This document shows positions 57,641 through 64,000 of a DNA stretch of 64,000 nucleotides, piece by piece. The stretch is taken from positions 14,665 through 78,664 of the forward strand of contig CAZQKB010000012.1 in assembly GCA_964593755.1 (NCBI GenBank), read 5' to 3'. Under the pieces are notes generated by a model, which saw only the letters and a program-made list of their open reading frames with translations, searched no databases and was not told where the DNA came from. Both the position numbers and the translations under genes were made by a program. Positions within the stretch are counted from its first letter, which is position 1. Every line of letters begins with the position of its first letter. This DNA is from an uncultured Mesohalobacter sp. GTDB taxonomy: Bacteria > Bacteroidota > Bacteroidia > Flavobacteriales > Flavobacteriaceae.

Positions 57641-58141
57641 AAGGTACTGCCGAAAACACAACTTATACCAAATATTCTACAAAATGAGATAAAAAGAAAT
57701 TGAATAATAATTGTCTTAATCAAGGCAATTAGAAACTATTAGTTTGTCTTATTTTATGGGGATTTGGTATTACTTTTGAATTTAATCAAATACAAGAGGT
57801 CATAAAGAAAAGACAATGCTGTTGGATTCAATGACACCTATGACTTACAATTGACAGAGCCTATTTATACCAACTTCTTTTGCCTGGTCAAAATTTGATT
57901 TAAAAAGTATTTTAGCCCATTCGTATGTCAGCAGATCGAGAGGCTCACTGTAACACTGCCGATTACCATCTTCTAAGATTGGGAGCAATTTTATTGTATT
58001 TGTTCTTCTTGTGCCGGAAATTGAAACGTTATTAATAATACAGCAAAAAGTTGGCCAGTATATCTAAAGCTTTGGAATTTAAATATTAGTACCTCCTATC
58101 AATCAGCTGTTTTTTTGAAAGGAAATAGTTACAATTTTAAT

Positions 58142-58450
58142 CTATTTATTGAGGTGTTCTAAAATTTGTATAACTTCTATAACTTGGTTAATTTCTAAAT
58201 TTACGCTATTAGTTCCAATACATTTTATCTCTATGGCATCTTCAACTTGGTTGTATTTGATTGAAAGTTGAGTGTTTAAAATTTCCCATGAATAAAGGTT
58301 ATCATTAATTTTAAAACCTTGTTTTGAATATGGTTTTCTGTCATAAATGGGGTTTTCCCAAATCTGTTTTGAAATACGCGTTAGGATATTAATAATTTCT
58401 GAAGCGTCTGATGGCGTAAGTAAGCAATCATTTTTTGTATCTAAGTCAAT
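58142..58450 (-). pseudogene. Start-less 102-codon open frame, probable 5'-truncated gene
   Basis: IDLDTKNDCLLTPSDASEIINILTRISKQIWENP...VIEVIQILEHLNK*, preceded by an in-frame TAA, with no ATG/GTG/TTG start. Confidence 0.55.
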
Positions 58451-58463
58451 TTACACAATTATG

Positions 58464-59123
58464 TTAATTAAAGTAAGTATAGGCTTCATTTATGCTTATG
58501 CCGTTTTTGTCTAAAAAATCTAAAAGCGATTTCACATGGGTTTTAGCTAATACATACATCCACAACTGACCGCTGTAATGATAAGAAAAGACCGTTTTTA
58601 ATTGTTCTGCGTAAAAGAAGTTTTGTGCAAGGTAATTGGATGCCACTAAATTAAAGAACAATGGCAAAAAATGCTGTAAATTAGCTACTTTAGTTAGTTG
58701 AATGCCACCTTTATAACTTTCTTTTCCAATTAGTTTTTTAAGTTTGTTGTAAGTTTCTATGGTGTCAGGTTGATGTGTTGAAATGATTGTGTCATCAAAC
58801 CAGTTTGTTTTAAAAAGTGGAATAAATGTAAATCCTAACTGAAAGTCGAGCATGAGCTTGCTAAGTGAATTCATTAAGTAAGCTTCATGGTCTTTATGCT
58901 CTGGTACATCAATGACTAAAGTGGCATAAACGGTACTATTTGCTTTGGGTTTATTATCTGTAATGGCGTTAAAATCGTCTAGTTCTTTCTGTAATTCGGC
59001 ATCAAGTTCGCTTGGCTCGTCTAGGTCCAAATCTTTGAGAGGATGGTTTGAATGCTGCCAATGGTATAAAAATGAGGCAAAATCTTGGTCTTTTAGGGCG
59101 GTATGTCTGGTGATGAGGTTCAT
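58464..59123 (-). CDS. Hypothetical protein
   Basis: 219-aa ORF with no recognised motif. Confidence 0.65.
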   Translation of the reverse strand: MNLITRHTALKDQDFASFLYHWQHSNHPLKDLDLDEPSELDAELQKELDDFNAITDNKPKANSTVYATLVIDVPEHKDHEAYLMNSLSKLMLDFQLGFTFIPLFKTNWFDDTIISTHQPDTIETYNKLKKLIGKESYKGGIQLTKVANLQHFLPLFFNLVASNYLAQNFFYAEQLKTVFSYHYSGQLWMYVLAKTHVKSLLDFLDKNGISINEAYTYFN

Positions 59124-59205
59124 TGAAAAAAGTGAATTTATAAAAGTGTTTTGTTATACTGAAGTTACAACAAATTAAAATACCTTTTTACTTCAATCTT
59201 GATGC

Positions 59206-59664
59206 TCATTTTTTTAGTAAATCTATTAATACATCTTCTTTGGCTTTCGCATAAGATTCCCATTTTGGATCGTTTGCCTTAACTTTATAAAGTTGTTTTT
59301 CAAAAGCTTCCATTTGCTTTAAGTGATTTTGGATGACTTTATATATTGCAGCGGGTGCTTTTACACCTGTGGACTTGTATTTGTTTTGATATAAAAGCAG
59401 AAGTTTGCAAAAGTTGAGTCTGCTTTGGGTCAACGATAATCCGCCATTTGGGCCACCCATTATTTCATCAGCATCCTTATCATCCTGACCATCATGTTGC
59501 CAATCGCAAATGCTGCATATTTCATAAAACCACCTTTTTGATAGCGTAGGGAAACCACAACTTGGGCAAAGCGAAATGCTAAGATCGTTTTCATCTGCAA
59601 AGACTTGCAATTGTGCTCTGCGCTTTTTGAATTCCTCTAAAAGTAGTTTATCAGTGTTTGACAA
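59206..59664 (-). CDS. CPCC cysteine-rich domain protein
   Basis: CPSCGFPTL...YEICSICDWQHDG...GGPNGGLSLTQSRLNF. Confidence 0.8.
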   Translation of the reverse strand: MSNTDKLLLEEFKKRRAQLQVFADENDLSISLCPSCGFPTLSKRWFYEICSICDWQHDGQDDKDADEIMGGPNGGLSLTQSRLNFCKLLLLYQNKYKSTGVKAPAAIYKVIQNHLKQMEAFEKQLYKVKANDPKWESYAKAKEDVLIDLLKK

Positions 59665-59712
59665 TTTGGAAGGGTTAAAAATGGGTTGAGTTTATGTGAT
59701 AATGCAATACAT

Positions 59713-59935
59713 TTATAAGTCAACTTCAATAACCTCATAACCATCGGCTTCCATAGCTTTTTTTGCGCCTGCAATTCCTCTTTCAATTTTACTTTTTCGT
59801 TCAGCCAAACTTTCAATATTTATTGAAGAATTTGCTATATCAACTTCATTCAAGCCCTTCCAATCAAGAGAAATACGTTCTAAAGCCTGATCCTTGAGGT
59901 CGCCTAGGTAGCCATATAGATTCTTTTCAACAAAA
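59713..59935 (-). pseudogene. Probable C-terminal remnant of an unknown gene
   Basis: Protein-like FVEKNLYGYLGDL...EADGYEVIEVDL* begins at the stop of the upstream gene. The ORF-track start lies inside that gene. Confidence 0.45.
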
Positions 59936-60514
59936 TTAGTTTTGTGCTGTGGCCAAGAAACTTGATGCTGAGATAATCGAATGCTTCTCTTTCCGAAGAG
60001 AAGAGCCATCCTCAAAAACTTTACTTTTAAAACTACCGCAAATAGAGCCATCTTCAAGCATTTCTAACTTTACTGTACCTTCAGATTCACCTCTGTTGTG
60101 ACCACCCCAATTAGACCATTGGGCAATAGAGCTTTTACCAACTCTATAAATAAATCTTATAATAACACTATTGTCTGTATCTAGTCCATTGCCCCATTCG
60201 TCAATAATTTCTGATTCTAATTTACCACTTTTAAGGCTTACCTCTGGGATTATAATGTTTGCGATATAATTTGGTGTTTCAACTGTTCCATCTAAAAATA
60301 AAATAATGTTTATGGCTTTCTTGCCTTCAAAGTCAAATCGTTGGTATGTTGCTTTTGTTACTTCAGTTGAAACATTAGATTCTCCTTCATTTTCACAGTA
60401 AGTACAATACAGTTTTTCTAAGATTACAGGTGTTGTTTCACAAATGTTGCTTTCTTGTCCATAGGTTGAAAGTGAGAAAATTGTTATTATAAAAAGGGTA
60501 CTTAATTTTTTCAT
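59936..60514 (-). CDS. Secreted hypothetical protein
   Basis: SPI signal (TYG-Q), 192 aa. Confidence 0.7.
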   Translation of the reverse strand: MKKLSTLFIITIFSLSTYGQESNICETTPVILEKLYCTYCENEGESNVSTEVTKATYQRFDFEGKKAINIILFLDGTVETPNYIANIIIPEVSLKSGKLESEIIDEWGNGLDTDNSVIIRFIYRVGKSSIAQWSNWGGHNRGESEGTVKLEMLEDGSICGSFKSKVFEDGSSLRKEKHSIISASSFLATAQN

Positions 60515-60525
60515 GTTTACTTGAT

Positions 60526-62085
60526 TTATCGGGTTAAGGTTTCAATTGTACTACAACTAGTGGCATTAGGGCAAGGGTTACCAAATTCATCATTACCAGG
60601 CACATTGCTTTCTGTGTAAAGTCCGGTTCCTGAAAAAGTATTTGAACCTAAATTGTAAGTTAGTTGTAATGATGATCCTTCTGTCTGAAAGTTTATGCCA
60701 TTACAGGCGGGTTCGAAAAAATCTTGGTAAGAGGTAACTATAGTTAATTCATAATTTTCAAATTTCCAGAAATTTGTAATATAATTCCCATTAGAATCGT
60801 CTATAACTGTTACTGTATAATCGCTATTTAAAGCTAGAGGGCCAACATAATTGGCATCATCGGCATCACAACCATTGCTTTGAGATGTTGTGGTCCAGTC
60901 ACCAAAAATATTGGTATAGGTCTCAATATATTCGAACTCTCCATCTACTTCTTTTGTCACTAATCGGTATGGCGTCAGTTCTAATACTTCTATTACAGAT
61001 GATTCTCCTTCTGCTGTTTCAGTAATAAAATTTCCGTTTAATGTAAAATTACTAGTAGAAGAATCTGCATTTTCACAGTCGTTTCCAAAAAATTCTGTTG
61101 ATGTTAACTGAGACAGGCTAAATTGCATTGTTATATTGCAATTCTGAACATTGAATACATTTAGGCCATTTTCAGTCTTATCAACTAAGAACCATGTCGT
61201 TAATAATAGATTAAAGTCAAAGTCTCCAGGCTCTACAGGAAAGTTATCATCTAAATCTTCGTAATCTGTAAAGTCCTCTGTATCGAAATCGGTGACTTCT
61301 GATTCTTCAAGGTTTTCTGTGATCTCCTCTAAGGCTTCAGTAGTTTGTTCCTGAATGTAATCACTTGCTTGAATAAGTTTTTCTTTTGCATTTTTTAATT
61401 TATTGATCAGAATCTGATTAGCATCACTAAGGCTTTCCTTTATTGTCTCGAGCTTATCAGCAAAATTTTCGTACAACTCTGTTGATCCGTCTACAATGCC
61501 ATCGACAATACCCTTGAAGAACCCAGTAATTGGATGGGTATTTGTTGGGTCACTAAAAAATTCTAAAGTTTCCTCTGTTTCCTCATCTAAGTCATTCGGG
61601 TCATCATCTGCTCTAAGTAGATTCATACTTCCTCGTCCGGCGTTCAAATTAACATCAAGTTCTATTCTATTTTGTACCTCTATAGACTGTGTATTTTGAT
61701 TTATACTGATGATCTCAAGAAGATGTTCATTTTCATTTATGACGATATACCGTAATCCGTCTTGATGTATTCCTCCGTTACTTTCTCTCGTATATGCTAC
61801 TAAAGTATCTTGCCTTGAGTTTGTAGTAATGTTATAATTATTGCCAAGTTGTCCTTCGTATTGTATTTTATTGATAACTAAAGGCAGATTATTATTCCTG
61901 GTAGAAATGAAGTCAATTTTCTCAAAATCAGAATTTATGCGAAGCGAAATTTCATTTTCGAAGTTTTGTTTACTGTTCAGACCAAAAGTGAAATTTTCAG
62001 TTGTTGTGGTTATGTCATTTTCATCGGTACACTGTATAAAAAGTGCCAAACCTATGATTACTATAAGTATTTTTCTCATTACCAT
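60526..62085 (-). CDS. Acidic lipoprotein with lipocalin-like C-terminal domains
   Basis: Lipobox FIQC; central coiled segment; LLTTW and IFGDW barrel starts. Confidence 0.7.
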   Translation of the reverse strand: MVMRKILIVIIGLALFIQCTDENDITTTTENFTFGLNSKQNFENEISLRINSDFEKIDFISTRNNNLPLVINKIQYEGQLGNNYNITTNSRQDTLVAYTRESNGGIHQDGLRYIVINENEHLLEIISINQNTQSIEVQNRIELDVNLNAGRGSMNLLRADDDPNDLDEETEETLEFFSDPTNTHPITGFFKGIVDGIVDGSTELYENFADKLETIKESLSDANQILINKLKNAKEKLIQASDYIQEQTTEALEEITENLEESEVTDFDTEDFTDYEDLDDNFPVEPGDFDFNLLLTTWFLVDKTENGLNVFNVQNCNITMQFSLSQLTSTEFFGNDCENADSSTSNFTLNGNFITETAEGESSVIEVLELTPYRLVTKEVDGEFEYIETYTNIFGDWTTTSQSNGCDADDANYVGPLALNSDYTVTVIDDSNGNYITNFWKFENYELTIVTSYQDFFEPACNGINFQTEGSSLQLTYNLGSNTFSGTGLYTESNVPGNDEFGNPCPNATSCSTIETLTR

Positions 62086-62088
62086 TTT

Positions 62089-62535
62089 TTAATATTTTTT
62101 ATCGGCTACTATTTTAAATCCATGCTTTTGCTCATTCCAGCTCCAGTTTCTTCCTGTTAGATGTTTTTTAGCGTTTCTTAAGGCACTGCTTCCATTTATT
62201 CCGAAGCCAACACCATAATTACTTCTTTGGCAACCAGATGAATTTGTAGTAGTTGAAGAAATGATTACCATATATGTGCCCATGTGTTTTCCCCAGTCTA
62301 AATTATCTACAGTTTCAACATTATCCCAGTCACTTACAATTTGCTTTACTGCATTAGATGCACTTTTTTCTAGTTCATAAGGATTAGCATCTCCATAATA
62401 AACTTTATATCCTAAATCTGTCGAATTACAGTTTGTAGACTTTTTTGCAATAGCTACAACGATGTTTGTTTGCTGAGCATAAAATTGCGTATGCACAAAT
62501 AGGAAAAAAAGGATTAAGTAAGATAGTTTTTTCAT
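62089..62535 (-). CDS. Secreted hypothetical protein
   Basis: SPI signal (FYA-Q), 148 aa. Confidence 0.7.
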   Translation of the reverse strand: MKKLSYLILFFLFVHTQFYAQQTNIVVAIAKKSTNCNSTDLGYKVYYGDANPYELEKSASNAVKQIVSDWDNVETVDNLDWGKHMGTYMVIISSTTTNSSGCQRSNYGVGFGINGSSALRNAKKHLTGRNWSWNEQKHGFKIVADKKY

Positions 62536-62615
62536 AACAAGTTGGTTTGATTAAAAATAATATTGAAGTGTTGTAATGTTTAGCTGATAATACCTCACAT
62601 GAGATATATCGATTT

Positions 62616-62692
62616 CAAACCTATTCTATCTTAGCCTTATCCACAAAAAAATGTCACGAACGACATAAAAAACGACATCAGTGACAACGAAC
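62616..62692 (-). promoter_or_regulatory. Promoter -7 box with upstream direct repeats
   Basis: TAGGTTTG (62616-62623, minus); AACGACAT twice, 12 bp apart, inside TGTCAC...GTGACA. Confidence 0.5.
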
Positions 62693-62801
62693 TTTTTAGT
62701 GAATAATAATATTAAAGGATTCCATTAATTGTTGAGTTGATTCTTTTAAGTTGGCTATCGTAACTATTTTTGATAAATAAATTTGTCACAATAATCTAAA
62801 T

Positions 62802-63533
62802 TTAATCCATTAGGCAACGACAGGATAAGCCATATGCCTTATCTATAAAAACACCATTCACACTTGTACTTGAATTAAGAAGGCTTATGGCCCACCCACT
62901 TTCATTGCTGTTTGGTGTAGAGCTCCACCAAGCACCACCAGCACCTTCAATACTAAAAGTACCATTAAATTGGCGTGCAGCACCGGGTAAGGCCAAAAAT
63001 CCAGAATCCTCACCTACTATAATCGCATTTGGCTCAACCCAACCTTCTCTGCTTTTCATTTTTCCACCCGCATAAAACATACCTCCTAAATAATTGATGA
63101 GTTCATTCCACTCAGTTTGTGTTGGCAAGTGCCATCCGCTTGGGCATAGAGTATTTGTATTTACTGCATACCAATTATATAGTTTACCATAAGTATCACC
63201 TTTTGTCTGATTGTCATCATAATAACACCAAGCTGCCTGACCACTAGAGTTCCCATTATTATAAATTGATGCCCAATTATCTTCACCGCTTACTTGAGGG
63301 ATGTTTCCAGCATAACGTAAGTTCTCTGCATACCATGTCTGGTTTCCTATTTCAACTATTTTATATATTTGACCATCGCGTGGATCGGTAAAAGTCGCCT
63401 GATCAGTATTACCTGTATCACTGTCATTATCGACTATCGTTTCATTGTCATCATTTTCACTGCATGCCGTGAAAATAATTAATACGACATTAACAAATAG
63501 AATTTTAAAAAATGAAAAGTTTAGTTTTTTCAT
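62802..63533 (-). CDS. FISUMP (Fibrobacter succinogenes major paralogous domain) lipoprotein
   Basis: Lipobox FTAC; FTDPRDGQIY..V.IGNQTW.AENL, YGKLYNW, CPSGWHLP, GF.ALPG, WWSS, SCRC. Confidence 0.92.
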   Translation of the reverse strand: MKKLNFSFFKILFVNVVLIIFTACSENDDNETIVDNDSDTGNTDQATFTDPRDGQIYKIVEIGNQTWYAENLRYAGNIPQVSGEDNWASIYNNGNSSGQAAWCYYDDNQTKGDTYGKLYNWYAVNTNTLCPSGWHLPTQTEWNELINYLGGMFYAGGKMKSREGWVEPNAIIVGEDSGFLALPGAARQFNGTFSIEGAGGAWWSSTPNSNESGWAISLLNSSTSVNGVFIDKAYGLSCRCLMD

Positions 63534-63564
63534 GGAGAATATAATTTTTAGATATGATTTAGGA

Positions 63565-64000
63565 TTAGTCTTTAAGGCAGCGACATGATAAGCCAAGTGA
63601 TTTTCCGATTACATTAGTACCAATATTGTTGGATATGTCAGGCAGATTATTGAGGCTACGAAACCTTGCTACAATTTCATTATGGTTATCTTCTGAAGAT
63701 GTCCACCAGTGACCAGAAATTGAAATATTAGTGTAATCACCAAAGAATAAACGATAGCCACCAGGAAGGCCTGTAAAGCCTGAGCTGTTTTTTCCTATAG
63801 AATTTGAGCTGTTCAGCCAGCCTATTTCTCCAATCATACTTCCTCCAGCAACATCTTCACCGCCTAAAAAATTTATAAGAATTATCCACTCCTCATCGCT
63901 AGGTAAATGCCAGCCTTCTGGACAAGCTATTATAGCTGTTTGCCAATCATACAAACGTCCATAGGTTTCGCAGTTAGAAGGCTCATCATCATAACACCAA
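63565..64000 (-). CDS. FISUMP domain protein, partial (runs off window)
   Basis: WCYDD...YGRLYDW, CPEGWHLPS, SGFTGLPGG, WWTSS, SCRCLKD. Confidence 0.9.
   Translation of the reverse strand, partial: WCYDDEPSNCETYGRLYDWQTAIIACPEGWHLPSDEEWIILINFLGGEDVAGGSMIGEIGWLNSSNSIGKNSSGFTGLPGGYRLFFGDYTNISISGHWWTSSEDNHNEIVARFRSLNNLPDISNNIGTNVIGKSLGLSCRCLKD

Noticed and set aside
57641..58141. Possible decayed genes on both strands after the response regulator
   Set aside because: Short open stretches without credible starts or recognisable homology. No call can be supported.

Overview
AT-rich chromosomal window from a Bacteroidota bacterium, most likely Flavobacteriaceae (gldH, TAnnTTTG -7 promoter boxes, FISUMP lipoproteins). 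Most of it is housekeeping: pbpC, alpha-2-macroglobulin, iaaA, an ABC-F ATPase, lspA, mgtE, rsmA, PBP1A, gldH, ricT, tRNA-Gln, holB, an EF-G paralog, pdeM, bioB, an Lhr-like helicase and greA. The most unusual part is a ~4.6 kb insertion (about 3.9-8.36 kb) that splits the normally adjacent alpha-2-macroglobulin/pbpC pair. It holds four two-gene cassettes alternating between orphan Rhs tip plus presumed immunity gene and antitoxin plus RelE/ParE toxin. Three cassettes end in the same ~65-bp palindrome-plus-terminator element. All four toxin genes are broken by single lesions, while all four protective partners are intact. Other points of interest: (1) a probable leader peptide followed by a DUF2490 barrel and a COG4337-type carbonic anhydrase lipoprotein with HQSS in place of HHSS; (2) tRNA-Gln 3'-end-derived repeat units; (3) a terminator in the greA leader; (4) an esterase/M17 peptidase/ATP-grasp operon; (5) a giant PAS protein whose kinase lacks the ATPase domain; (6) a variable cluster of secreted and FISUMP proteins at the right end. 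No integrase, transposase, CRISPR array or rRNA was seen. All family assignments come from motif recognition by eye, not database searches.
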